Shown here: positions 38,578 to 46,802 of the stretch, one piece after another
How positions within the stretch are numbered: position 1 is the first letter of the stretch
How the letters are laid out: the number at the start of each line of letters is the position of its first letter
Virus record (IMG/VR): IMGVR_UViG_3300036766_000064
Span: 1-60,906 of that record
DNA: 60,906 nucleotides
Source: a virus
Lineage: Duplodnaviria; Caudoviricetes
Strand: one strand, 5' to 3'
Position numbers and translations under genes: made by a program
Notes under the pieces: model-generated
What the model was told of the DNA's origin: nothing
Seen by the model: only the letters and a program-made list of their open reading frames with translations
The model's database searches: none

Positions 38578-38951
38578 TACGGCTTTACGAACTGGACCGT
38601 CCAGTGCATGTCCATCGGGCCACCATCCTTACCGGTGTGCTCGATCGCCGCCAAACGTGCGTGACAGTATGGCGCAGCAGCCTTGGCCGCCTCGAACCTC
38701 TGCCCGATCATCTCCACCTTCACCAATGGTTCTACATCTACCGGAATCGGGTTGCGCATCACGTTGAGCAGGTACGCCAGTGGGGTTACGCCGCTTTCCT
38801 CGACCGCCTTGATTACGGCCGCGCTCTTTTTATTCGGTGAGCCCTTCTTGCGGCCTGAACCTGGGCGCTTTCCACCACGATTGATTTTTTTTTCTATTTT
38901 TTCAACCGTGTTGATCTTTTTACCCTTCTTTTCCACGCGCTTTGTCATCAT
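38577..38951 (-). CDS. terS: Terminase small subunit
   Basis: GGKRPGSGRKKGSPNK, TPLAYLL, AAKAAAPYCH, EHTGKDGGP; adjacent to terL. Confidence 0.85.
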   Translation of the reverse strand: MMTKRVEKKGKKINTVEKIEKKINRGGKRPGSGRKKGSPNKKSAAVIKAVEESGVTPLAYLLNVMRNPIPVDVEPLVKVEMIGQRFEAAKAAAPYCHARLAAIEHTGKDGGPMDMHWTVQFVKP

Positions 38952-38992
38952 CGCTCACCGCGCGCATCGCTGATTATTAAGGGAAAGTGCAT

Positions 38993-39178
38993 TTACACGG
39001 CCTTCGTCAGAAACTCAATCGGCGTGTTGTAGACGATATGCCGAATCAGGTTGATCGCCTTCATGCAATCGGTGCGATGGTGGTAGGACTCACCGGCGTT
39101 GGCGATGAGCCGGCCATTCTTGGCGCGGAGCCGCCAGCGCCATTGCCTGTTGCGCGCCAGGTAGACTTCGAAGCGCAT
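38993..39178 (-). CDS. DUF1508 / YegP-family protein
   Basis: FEVY...QWRWRLRAKNGRLIA..GESY. Confidence 0.8.
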   Translation of the reverse strand: MRFEVYLARNRQWRWRLRAKNGRLIANAGESYHHRTDCMKAINLIRHIVYNTPIEFLTKAV

Positions 39179-39179
39179 G

Positions 39180-39449
39180 TCAAGCGCTCCATTCCGCACT
39201 GTAATTGGTGACGCGCTCACCTTGATCGGCATCGTGGACGGTCATTTTCACGATCAAGTCGACGCGCGGCGGATGGACCCCCTCGGCAAGCTCATTGAAC
39301 TCGGGTGACTCAACCAGCAGGTCAATCCTACGCGCGATGGCGTCCCAGTGGGCGCCGATCACCTGGCTACCTTCCGGCAGCAGCAAGGACTTGGCGAGCT
39401 GCCGCGGACCCACTTGCAGTACACCGACTCGATCACCCACGGTTGACAA
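39180..39449 (-). CDS. Hypothetical protein
   Basis: 89 aa, in operon. Confidence 0.5.
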   Translation of the reverse strand: MSTVGDRVGVLQVGPRQLAKSLLLPEGSQVIGAHWDAIARRIDLLVESPEFNELAEGVHPPRVDLIVKMTVHDADQGERVTNYSAEWSA

Positions 39450-39511
39450 TCCATCCCCCTAAATGTTGAACCATCTTGCCGACCCCGGCAAAATGGTAAA
39501 TCCCTTCCACG

Positions 39512-39712
39512 CTACCCGCCGCTTTTTAACGAAAGCCAGCCCACTTTGGCGACCACGGCGAGCACCATGACTACACCGGCCACCAAGAGCCAGCAAGCTG
39601 CGATATCCCGCCGGCGCCCACCATTGAGGCCGGAAGCGACCAGGCCGCCCATCATCATTGCCACCCCGCCGGCAAATGTCACCAGCAGCGCTATGACTTC
39701 GTTGAAGGTCAT
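39512..39712 (-). CDS. Two-TM membrane protein
   Basis: 66 aa, two hydrophobic segments. Confidence 0.55.
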   Translation of the reverse strand: MTFNEVIALLVTFAGGVAMMMGGLVASGLNGGRRRDIAACWLLVAGVVMVLAVVAKVGWLSLKSGG

Positions 39713-40017
39713 GGGTGGCCGTTTCGCTCGTAGATCGCGGCCAACAATTGTTGATGCTGATCATTGTTCCGGCGTTCCATTTCGTTCAGCCGATTGTTGA
39801 ATGTCTCCTTCATTTCCTCGATTTTCTCAAAGATGGACTCAACATGGCCTTTAGTTCTCAGGTGTTCAGCATGATCCGCCTTCGTGCTGGCCGTCGTCTC
39901 GACGGTGTCAATTCGCTTATGGGTGTGGTTCCATCCCCACCAGAATGCGGCTGACAGACCAGCCATGAGCGCCCCAACTATCTCCTTGAAGATTCCAGGT
40001 TCACCCTCCACTGCCAT
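39709..40017 (-). CDS. TM plus coiled-coil protein (lysis-region, holin/XhlA-like)
   Basis: N-terminal TM then coiled coil; start MAVEG after GGAG. Confidence 0.55.
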   Translation of the reverse strand: MAVEGEPGIFKEIVGALMAGLSAAFWWGWNHTHKRIDTVETTASTKADHAEHLRTKGHVESIFEKIEEMKETFNNRLNEMERRNNDQHQQLLAAIYERNGHP

Positions 40018-40040
40018 GTCCGCGCTCCCGTTTTTGGTTT

Positions 40041-40625
40041 TTATGGTGCGTTGCACAAAGTTCGATCCGAAAGGATGATGGCCTGCGCCGCGGTCAGTTG
40101 CTTCACTACTTCGTCGGCGCGACTGGCTTCTTCGAGGAGAAAAACTCCAGCAGCCGCGCTGAGAAATTCGCCTCCCGCGGCACCATCACTTCGGGCGGCG
40201 GGTCCGGGAGCTTTGCCCGCGCCAGCTTGGCAATCACGGGCGGCGCCGGCTCGGGCCCCTGGGTCGCGCAACCCCAGACTCCCATCACGCACAGCAGCAA
40301 TATTCCGCTCAGTTTCGAGTTTCCCATCCTCCACCCCCTGTTTGTACCGGGCCACGGCGGCCAGATCGGCCTTCCGCTTCGCCCCCTCGATCTCGGCGGC
40401 GCGCGCTACAGCCCTGTCCTTCTCGACGATCACCTTGACCAATTGCGCGTTGTCGCGCTTCTCGAAACTGGCCGTGGTTTCCGATACGCCACGGTCGTAA
40501 CCCCGCTTCTCGACGCCGGTAATAAACCCATCCCAGGCCTTGACCGCAAAGGCGATGGCGAGGAGCAGAGCGATGGCGCCGGCCAGGTACAACCACCCGG
40601 TCGCGATCACCCCGCGTTGATTCAT
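40041..40625 (-). CDS. Inner-membrane spanin (Rz-like)
   Basis: N-terminal TM, coiled coil, ASRADEVVKQLTAAQ C-terminus; start MNQRG. Confidence 0.85.
   Translation of the reverse strand: MNQRGVIATGWLYLAGAIALLLAIAFAVKAWDGFITGVEKRGYDRGVSETTASFEKRDNAQLVKVIVEKDRAVARAAEIEGAKRKADLAAVARYKQGVEDGKLETERNIAAVRDGSLGLRDPGARAGAARDCQAGAGKAPGPAARSDGAAGGEFLSAAAGVFLLEEASRADEVVKQLTAAQAIILSDRTLCNAP
40106..40327 (-). CDS. Outer-membrane spanin lipoprotein (Rz1-like), embedded in Rz
   Basis: Lipobox VWGC, Pro-rich, in an alternate frame inside Rz. Confidence 0.8.
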   Translation of the reverse strand: MGNSKLSGILLLCVMGVWGCATQGPEPAPPVIAKLARAKLPDPPPEVMVPREANFSARLLEFFSSKKPVAPTK

Positions 40626-40780
40626 TTCCAGAAAATGTGCCCGACGACCAGCACAAACACGGTGTAAATGGCGAAGATCACCCAATCCGTACCGGTCAAG
40701 TGGTGCAGAAACGTATTCCCGGCCGATTTCGACGCTGCGGCTGCATCCAGCGCCATACCCTTGAGTTGTTCACGGTCCAC
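40622..40780 (-). CDS. 52-aa single-TM protein in the lysis cassette (not in ORF track)
   Basis: GTG start; ...DWVIFAIYTVFVLVVGHIFWK*; ATGA overlap with Rz. Confidence 0.55.
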   Translation of the reverse strand: MDREQLKGMALDAAAASKSAGNTFLHHLTGTDWVIFAIYTVFVLVVGHIFWK

Positions 40781-40791
40781 AGATCACCCCC

Positions 40792-41769
40792 TTACATCAG
40801 CAAGCCAACATACTTCGCCGGGCGCGTAATGGTGACGGCACGCACATGACCCCGGTTGATATCGAAAGCCGAGGCCCCGTATCCGCGCCATTTTTCCTTT
40901 GATTTCATGGAAAAGCGTTCGACGTTGCCAAACCAAATCGAGGGATTGCAACCTGCCGACGCGGCGCACATTCGGCGGTCGGTCTGAACACCGTCAAAGC
41001 CGCCGTTGTACGCCGCATCGCACATGGCCAGCGCATTCGGTCCGATTCCGATGGTCTTTGCCATGCGCAGGTAGCAGGCCCTATTGTCCAGAACCACCGC
41101 GCGCAACTGCATTCGCGCATCGTAACGGTTCTCCCAGGTCCAGCCGGCGAGCTCGGCACGAAACGCGCGCCGCGAATCCGCCCAAGCGTTGAACCGCTCC
41201 GACCCATCCGCCCGATACGCCACGGTTTTCTGCCCGAGCCCGAAGCCGTACTCCCGCGGCGTCTTGAGTTCCACCTTCGGGCTCCAACACTTCGGGTGCG
41301 TCAGGGAAATACACGACTCCTGTTCGACCAGGGCCGCAAGGATCTCGCGGCGCGGATGGTCCGGCCAGAATTTCTCCACTTCCTTGACCAGCGACGGCAG
41401 GTAGAGTTTGGCGCCGACCGGCAGATCCGCGGCGTGACTTCGAGCCGAGAACAGCATGATCAGCCCCACCATCAGGATGCACAGCCCCAAGAACACCAAA
41501 CCGGCCCCTACGGGCTCATCGAGCGCGCGCCGGTAGGCGGCACTCAACCGGGAGCCGTTCGCCAGCACGCGGCGCGACAGGTACACCACCGGCAGGATCA
41601 CGATGCCCCACGCGAGGGAGCGCAGGCGTTCCAGCGTTTCAGCCCCCCCATCGACCTCGGTTTGCATGTACCACAGGAGCACAACGATCGGGAGCATGAT
41701 GCCGCCCCAAAATCGCCAATTCTTGTACCAGTGGAGAATGTCAGTCGCGCGGTGTCCGAACAACTGCAT
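40792..41769 (-). CDS. Endolysin: lytic transglycosylase (SLT-like) fused to a 3-TM holin-like N-terminus
   Basis: Three hydrophobic segments in aa 1-110; VEQES catalytic Glu, GLGQ, AAYNGG. Confidence 0.85.
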   Translation of the reverse strand: MQLFGHRATDILHWYKNWRFWGGIMLPIVVLLWYMQTEVDGGAETLERLRSLAWGIVILPVVYLSRRVLANGSRLSAAYRRALDEPVGAGLVFLGLCILMVGLIMLFSARSHAADLPVGAKLYLPSLVKEVEKFWPDHPRREILAALVEQESCISLTHPKCWSPKVELKTPREYGFGLGQKTVAYRADGSERFNAWADSRRAFRAELAGWTWENRYDARMQLRAVVLDNRACYLRMAKTIGIGPNALAMCDAAYNGGFDGVQTDRRMCAASAGCNPSIWFGNVERFSMKSKEKWRGYGASAFDINRGHVRAVTITRPAKYVGLLM

Positions 41770-41937
41770 GGCATCCTCCGTTGAAATTCATGCCCGGTAG
41801 TGCATCGGGCGCGATCTTCGAGCACCCTTGCCCTGAGAAAACAGGTCAGGCGTCGCACATGAGCCGTTTGCGCGGCTCGACCGAATTGTCCGCAGCGAAT
41901 CAGTCTGGCGAAAGTCGCCGCGGTCCTGCAGGATGGG

Positions 41938-42009
41938 AAGCGCCTGGTGGGATCGAACCACCGACCTCCAGCTTATGAGACTGGCGAGCTGCCCCTGCTC
42001 CAAGGCGCA
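41938..42009 (-). tRNA. tRNA with CAT anticodon, initiator-like but non-canonical
   Basis: TGCGCCT TG GAGC-AGGGGCA-GCTC G CCAGT-CTCATAA-GCTGG AGGTC GGTGG-TTCGATC-CCACC AGGCGCT T, followed by CCCA. Confidence 0.9.
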
Positions 42010-42023
42010 CCAAATCAAAGAAT

Positions 42024-42455
42024 TCAGCGCCGCCTAGTGACTGGAAACGCCAATCTATTTTTGTCACGATATTTGATTGCCCCGGTTTCCCGTAGCAGAT
42101 CAAATTCGTCCTCACTAAGTACGTCATCGCGGGGTTCTTTCGACGATCCCCACATCAGCGCATCCAAATACGCTTGGTGTTCTCGCGCTGCTTTGTCCGT
42201 ATTGCGCTTACGCTTGAGATTTCCAGCGGTCCGCATATTTTCCTGCGCGGTACCCTTGTAGATATTGCCAAGGGCGTATGATCCAGCGTCACCGTTACGG
42301 CACATTTGCAGATCGCCCGGCCGACTTCCACGCCTGCCAAGATCATCTCCCCACCACGCCAACCATTCATCGAAGGTTAATTCCCACGCAATACCACGAC
42401 TCTTGCTTCCGGATCGTTGATTTGAGAACTTAACTCGCGCAACTTTCGGGTTCAT
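42024..42455 (-). CDS. Putative HNH-like (His-Me finger) endonuclease
   Basis: RGIAWELTFDEW...MCRxxDxGxYxxGNI...EN; start MNPK. Confidence 0.7.
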   Translation of the reverse strand: MNPKVARVKFSNQRSGSKSRGIAWELTFDEWLAWWGDDLGRRGSRPGDLQMCRNGDAGSYALGNIYKGTAQENMRTAGNLKRKRNTDKAAREHQAYLDALMWGSSKEPRDDVLSEDEFDLLRETGAIKYRDKNRLAFPVTRRR

Positions 42456-42468
42456 GAGTCTCCAAAAT

Positions 42469-42500
42469 GCAAAAACCCCGGTAGCCTTCGATCCGAGGTT
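42469..42500 (-). terminator. tR'-like terminator downstream of the late promoter
   Basis: AACCTCGG...CCGGGGTT followed by TTT. Confidence 0.5.
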
Positions 42501-42539
42501 ATATTCCGTTGGACAATAGAACGCCCAACCCATTTTTTA

Positions 42540-42569
42540 AGTGTCCCATACACTCGCTTCGCGTGTCAA
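42540..42569 (-). promoter_or_regulatory. pR'-like late promoter
   Basis: TTGACA-N18-GACACT immediately after the Q-like gene. Confidence 0.5.
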
Positions 42570-42573
42570 CCCC

Positions 42574-42954
42574 TCAATAGAAATCATTTTTCCTCAATTT
42601 CTGGCCTATCTTTTCCCGCGCACGCAGGTACACAACCTCCACAGGCTCCCGAAACTGGTACACGGATTCAAGGTGCACCGAGGAGACCGCCATGCGCTCA
42701 ATGGGAGAACATCCATCCAACGCGGCCTCGATCACCTGGATAGACCTCCACCCAGCCTCATCCTCGATTTCCTTGTGTACGTCACGGTATCCCCCGGTCC
42801 CGCCCCCTACAAAGCCTACGGTCTGCCCGTAACCGAGTTTCAGGGAGGGGCGCCGCATCCACTTCGCCCATTCATGCAGGTAGGTTTCCACCCACTCGAA
42901 TTCATCCGTGGTTGTCTCGATTGACTCCCCGTACTGCCTATAGAACACTGCCAT
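42574..42954 (-). CDS. Antiterminator Q-like late regulator
   Basis: LHEWAKWMR..LGY, IEAALDG pattern; last gene before promoter, terminator, tRNA and lysis. Confidence 0.65.
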   Translation of the reverse strand: MAVFYRQYGESIETTTDEFEWVETYLHEWAKWMRRPSLKLGYGQTVGFVGGGTGGYRDVHKEIEDEAGWRSIQVIEAALDGCSPIERMAVSSVHLESVYQFREPVEVVYLRAREKIGQKLRKNDFY

Positions 42955-43156
42955 TTTTATTGTTCTCCGCGTACAGCATTTCACCGATCGCCAGCACCAT
43001 TCTTCTACCCTCGTCCGTCAATCTTTCGTCGTAGTACGAGACGGCGAGGTACTTGTGTCCGAACCAGTGATCCTCTTTCATCTTTCTCAGGTTCACGGGC
43101 TCCATCGGCTCGGATATCATCGATCCGAGCGAGCAGGTAGGATGGTCGCGGCTCAT
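42938..43156 (-). CDS. Hypothetical protein
   Basis: 72 aa, overlaps the start of the Q-like gene. Confidence 0.5.
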   Translation of the reverse strand: MSRDHPTCSLGSMISEPMEPVNLRKMKEDHWFGHKYLAVSYYDERLTDEGRRMVLAIGEMLYAENNKNGSVL

Positions 43157-43223
43157 CGGTGAATCCAGTTGAATGCCCGCCGTAACAGGTCATACATAGG
43201 CCAGACTCCGGCCCTTGCATGAC

Positions 43224-43319
43224 TTATTGATGCCAAGTGCGTTGTACGATATTTGAAGATTGCCCAACGTAGCATAACCCGCTCACTGTATTTCTAATCA
43301 AATAAATTCCGCAAGTCAT
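43224..43319 (-). pseudogene. Truncated GIY-YIG homing endonuclease relic
   Basis: MTCGIYLIRNTVSGLCYVGQSSNIVQRTWHQ* (31 aa); GIY-x10-YVG and catalytic Arg, then stop; AT-rich. Confidence 0.75.
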
Positions 43320-43528
43320 CGTTCGTGGAGCCGTGAGAATATGCGTCTAAGTATATAACTTCTGGCCAAGGACACCACCGTAAAGGCAACCGTAATCGCA
43401 ATGTTCTGGTCAAGGCGTACCGCAAGCCCAAGCGCGGGGAATACGATCAGCTGCGCACCGAAAGCTATCCCCATGCCAATGACGATATTGGCGATGGATT
43501 CGATCAGGGATTGCAGCCGGGATTGCAT
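43316..43528 (-). CDS. Small two-TM phage protein (QSRLQSLIES family)
   Basis: 70 aa; usually found next to phage methylase genes. Confidence 0.7.
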   Translation of the reverse strand: MQSRLQSLIESIANIVIGMGIAFGAQLIVFPALGLAVRLDQNIAITVAFTVVSLARSYILRRIFSRLHER

Positions 43529-44526
43529 TAGGCGACCTCGGTTTCTTCCGCAATAAACTCAATGCTCTGCTGCAATTCAATGACCTTGCCGGCATATGCC
43601 GCTTGCACATTTTTCTCGGCTTGCCGGTAATAACTCGGCTTGAGTTCTATGCCAATACCCTTGCGGCCAGCGCAGATTGCGCCATAGACCTCGGAGCCGA
43701 CCCCCATGAACGGCGTCAACACGGTTTCGCCGGGATTCGACCACAGCACCATCACCCGGTCGATCACGTCAAGCTGCAGCGGGTGGACATGCTTCTCGTC
43801 CTCTGAATCACGCGCCGCCTTGAACGGCAACACGCGACCAATACGAATATCATCCCAAAACGCAGAGGCGTAGTTCCGCCAAATCCAATGCGAGTAGCGG
43901 TTCTCGATCTGGTTTCCTTTCCATCCGCGGTACGGCAGGAGTTCGCTTGGCATCTTGCGCGCCCCGGCGTATTCGTCTAATCCGGTCGGGTGCGTGATCG
44001 GAACTGGATTCTCGCCATGCCTGCGGAACACCAGCAAGTAATCCGCGCTGGCAACGCTACAACGCGACGAGTCGTCAACAATGGTTTTGTGCGCGAGGTT
44101 CTTTGCCATCGTCCGATTGCGGACGGCGAGAGGTTCTTTCCATATCGCATAGCGGGCAATGTAGTTCCATCCCTCTTTTTCGTGCAGCCGGATAATGTCT
44201 CCGGGAAAGTCGATCAGATGATCTTTGCCGCAGTTCCCGCTTGGCACGTCCATGCAATGCACGGCAGTCATGCGCCCCGGCATCGTGATCCTTGCGAGTT
44301 CGCGCACTACGAAAGCGTAATGAGAAAAGAATTCGTCGTAACTCTTGCAGTTGGATAAATCTCTTTCGCTTGACGAATAGGTAAATAAACCACCCCCCGA
44401 TGTTGCAAATGGAGGCGAGTACACGGATAGATGGATGGATTGATCCGGTATGCTCGCCATCACATCAATCGCGTCACCATTGTAGATACAATATTTGTCC
44501 GTCAGTTTTTGATCATGCACAAGCAT
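43528..44526 (-). CDS. N4-cytosine/N6-adenine DNA methyltransferase (beta class)
   Basis: Motif IV SPPF precedes motif I TPFMGVGS; KHVHPLQLDVI. Confidence 0.9.
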   Translation of the reverse strand: MLVHDQKLTDKYCIYNGDAIDVMASIPDQSIHLSVYSPPFATSGGGLFTYSSSERDLSNCKSYDEFFSHYAFVVRELARITMPGRMTAVHCMDVPSGNCGKDHLIDFPGDIIRLHEKEGWNYIARYAIWKEPLAVRNRTMAKNLAHKTIVDDSSRCSVASADYLLVFRRHGENPVPITHPTGLDEYAGARKMPSELLPYRGWKGNQIENRYSHWIWRNYASAFWDDIRIGRVLPFKAARDSEDEKHVHPLQLDVIDRVMVLWSNPGETVLTPFMGVGSEVYGAICAGRKGIGIELKPSYYRQAEKNVQAAYAGKVIELQQSIEFIAEETEVA

Positions 44527-44546
44527 TGTTCTGCTCCCTTAAAAAT

Positions 44547-44859
44547 GGGATTTATATTAACTTCCGTCACTCCGCAGGTTCATAGGTAGCCGCGAAAATG
44601 TCGGGTTTGCATGGGTAATACTCGCCCTGCACACCGCGAATAATCCAGTCGCCCTCACTCGCGCGCATGTTTCCCTCCCTTGTGTGAATGATGATGCTGT
44701 GATTCGGCTCAAATTCATTTACCGGAGCATCAATATCACCAGCACAGAACTCCGCCGCTTGTTTGAGCGTTTCTTTCGTGAACTGAAATGCCTCAATTAC
44801 TACTGGTTTTTTACGAAATTTCATTTTGAATATCCTAGGTAGTTAAATATGTAATTCCC
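44547..44859. mobile_element. Degenerate TIR-bounded non-autonomous cassette 2
   Basis: Left end GGGATTTATAT---TAACTTCC; right end (rc) GGGAATTACATATTTAACTACC; same family as the ends at 47502/48258; flanks match only 5/8. Confidence 0.6.
44567..44824 (-). CDS. Conserved small phage protein (RKKPVVIEA...GDWII...YPCKPDIF family)
   Basis: 85 aa; cargo of cassette 2. Confidence 0.8.
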   Translation of the reverse strand: MKFRKKPVVIEAFQFTKETLKQAAEFCAGDIDAPVNEFEPNHSIIIHTREGNMRASEGDWIIRGVQGEYYPCKPDIFAATYEPAE

Positions 44860-44933
44860 CTAAATAGGCGGCGCATCAATCCAGAGCCACATTGACCGCA
44901 CGAAACGCTATGCTTTTTCCAATCTATAGCCAT
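44835..44933 (-). pseudogene. Truncated CxxC ORF running into the cassette-2 TIR
   Basis: MAIDWKKHSVSCGQCGSGLMRRLFR|GITYLTT*; the last residues are TIR-encoded. Confidence 0.45.
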
Positions 44934-46318
44934 GCAGGAACCTCTACCGGCTTGGTAAATGGCACGCTGCGTTCGATTCTTTCGGCTTCGTGCATGTGCT
45001 TGACCAACTCTGAAAACATCTTGTCCGCCGCCGCGGATTTGCGTTGCAGATTCTTGAGTACCTGCTGCTCGCCCTCAGTGGTCACAATGTCCACGCGCAC
45101 CGGTTTAGTCTGACCGAAACGCCAGCAACGGCGAACCCCCTGGTAGTGCTGCTCATAACTGTGGGACGGAAAAAAGGTAACGTGTGCGCAGTGTTGCAGG
45201 TTCAATCCCCATGCGCCTATTTTCGGCTTCGTGATAAGGACGCGCTCGTCGCCGTGCGCGAAGTTAATCAGCTTTCGTTCTTTTTCTTCGTCGGAATCCT
45301 TGCCGCTCACCTGCACCGCATCCGGTATTAGCTTGGCGAGTAGATCGCCCTCGTCGTTGAGGTGACACCAGACTAATGCAGGTTGTCCGGTATCAACGAG
45401 TTCCGCGACCTTTTCGCATCGTTCGGTAACGGTGCGGCGGCGTTCGTCGCGTTGCTCTTTCAAGCCCACGGCAGGCAATGAAAATAGCATTCCATCAGCC
45501 AGCGTCGAAGCTGATACGAGATATTCCTTCTCGATCAGCGGCGGCAGAATGAATCTTGAGTCATCGAATCCGAGGTCGGAAGGCTTACGCGTGGCTCGCG
45601 CCCATGAGCAAACCCAACGCCAGAACGGGACTTCCGCATGGCCCTTGAGTCGCCATTTGGCGCCATCATCCAGTTGCGCACAGTTCGCGCCGTGGTGCCG
45701 ATTCGTCATTGCCTTGATCGTGTTGCCCTGATCATTTTTGAAGAACCGCGACAACATGTCCATGTAGCCAAGCTCTCCTAGCGCCTCGCTGCTTGTCCCG
45801 AGTTCGATGTAATCATTTGGCGCGGCGGTCGCGGTCGCCAATAACCGATATTCCATCTTGCGCATAAACTCAGTGATCTGCGATTTTCGCGTACCGTCAA
45901 AGTTTTTCAGGATGCTCGACTCATCGCACACACACCCGGCGAAGTCATTGGGATTGAAGTAGTGCAGGCGTTCGTAGTTCGTGACATTGATACCGGGATA
46001 GACTTTTCCATCCATCGTGCGGTGCGCTTCGATGCCGAATTTATCGGCCTCGGCAATCGTCTGGAATGACACCGCCAGCGGCGTCAGAATCAACACGGGC
46101 CTGTTCGTATGCCTGACCACGTTCTCCGCCCAAACCAAAAACTGCGGGGTCTTGCCAAGCCCGCAATCCTCGAACAAAGCGCCGCGTCCTTTGCGAATCG
46201 ACCAATCGACCAGCGATTCCTGAAAATCGAAAAGGAAATCAGGCATCCAAACCGGATCAAACCCGGACATGCTGCCAAGCTGCGTCTTGCGATCAATAAA
46301 ATCAACGTAGTCCATCAT
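44924..46318 (-). CDS. SNF2-like superfamily 2 helicase
   Basis: DCGLGKT, DESS, ATAT, GLNLQ, RRCWRFGQ; start MMDY. Confidence 0.9.
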   Translation of the reverse strand: MMDYVDFIDRKTQLGSMSGFDPVWMPDFLFDFQESLVDWSIRKGRGALFEDCGLGKTPQFLVWAENVVRHTNRPVLILTPLAVSFQTIAEADKFGIEAHRTMDGKVYPGINVTNYERLHYFNPNDFAGCVCDESSILKNFDGTRKSQITEFMRKMEYRLLATATAAPNDYIELGTSSEALGELGYMDMLSRFFKNDQGNTIKAMTNRHHGANCAQLDDGAKWRLKGHAEVPFWRWVCSWARATRKPSDLGFDDSRFILPPLIEKEYLVSASTLADGMLFSLPAVGLKEQRDERRRTVTERCEKVAELVDTGQPALVWCHLNDEGDLLAKLIPDAVQVSGKDSDEEKERKLINFAHGDERVLITKPKIGAWGLNLQHCAHVTFFPSHSYEQHYQGVRRCWRFGQTKPVRVDIVTTEGEQQVLKNLQRKSAAADKMFSELVKHMHEAERIERSVPFTKPVEVPAWL

Positions 46319-46617
46319 GCCGCCCTGATCCTGTGGAACTCGAATGCCCACGCAAGGTAACGCTCATGCGCCTTGAGCCAAGCAGATTCGTATCCTTCGC
46401 GCCCCAAATGTGCGCGGGTGAAAATAGCGTGACAGGCGGGGCACCCGGCTACTGCGAATACGGGATTTGATTTGTGTCCGATACCTCGCCCATGCCGCAG
46501 GAGGTCTGAATGGCAAGGAACGGATGGATGATTCCCGCAACCATCGGCACCGAGTAAGAGACAGCATGGCGCGTCGTGGGCAATATCCAAAAGTTGCCGG
46601 TCTGTGTGGTCGGTCAT
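46315..46617 (-). CDS. DUF1364-like Zn-binding nuclease
   Basis: C..C..CH...GRGIGHK...GCPACH; start MTDH. Confidence 0.7.
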   Translation of the reverse strand: MTDHTDRQLLDIAHDAPCCLLLGADGCGNHPSVPCHSDLLRHGRGIGHKSNPVFAVAGCPACHAIFTRAHLGREGYESAWLKAHERYLAWAFEFHRIRAA

Positions 46618-46802
46618 AAATCCAACTGTGGTGATCGTTTCTCGATGGTTTTCCAGAACGCGGCAGGCGCAAGCCAAACGCGCTCATCCGCACTTTTTTC
46701 CTCACGACCGCAGGCCGCGCATTTCCTTGAATAGACCGTAATCCCCATTGTCTTGTTCAAATGATCACTGTTTCCGACGATACCACCGCACGGACAAATC
46801 AT
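46614..46802 (-). CDS. Small Zn-ribbon protein
   Basis: CPC...CAACG; ATGA-coupled. Confidence 0.55.
   Translation of the reverse strand: MICPCGGIVGNSDHLNKTMGITVYSRKCAACGREEKSADERVWLAPAAFWKTIEKRSPQLDL

Noticed and set aside
43345-43365. AAGTATATAACT resembling the cassette TIR
   Set aside because: Lies inside a coding motif (RSYILRR), lacks the GGG end, a partner end and a duplication.
46738-46754. GTAATCCCCATTGTCTT, similar to the right junction of cassette 1 (KTMGI in both proteins)
   Set aside because: Similarity does not extend into the TIR core and there is no partner end; likely chance.
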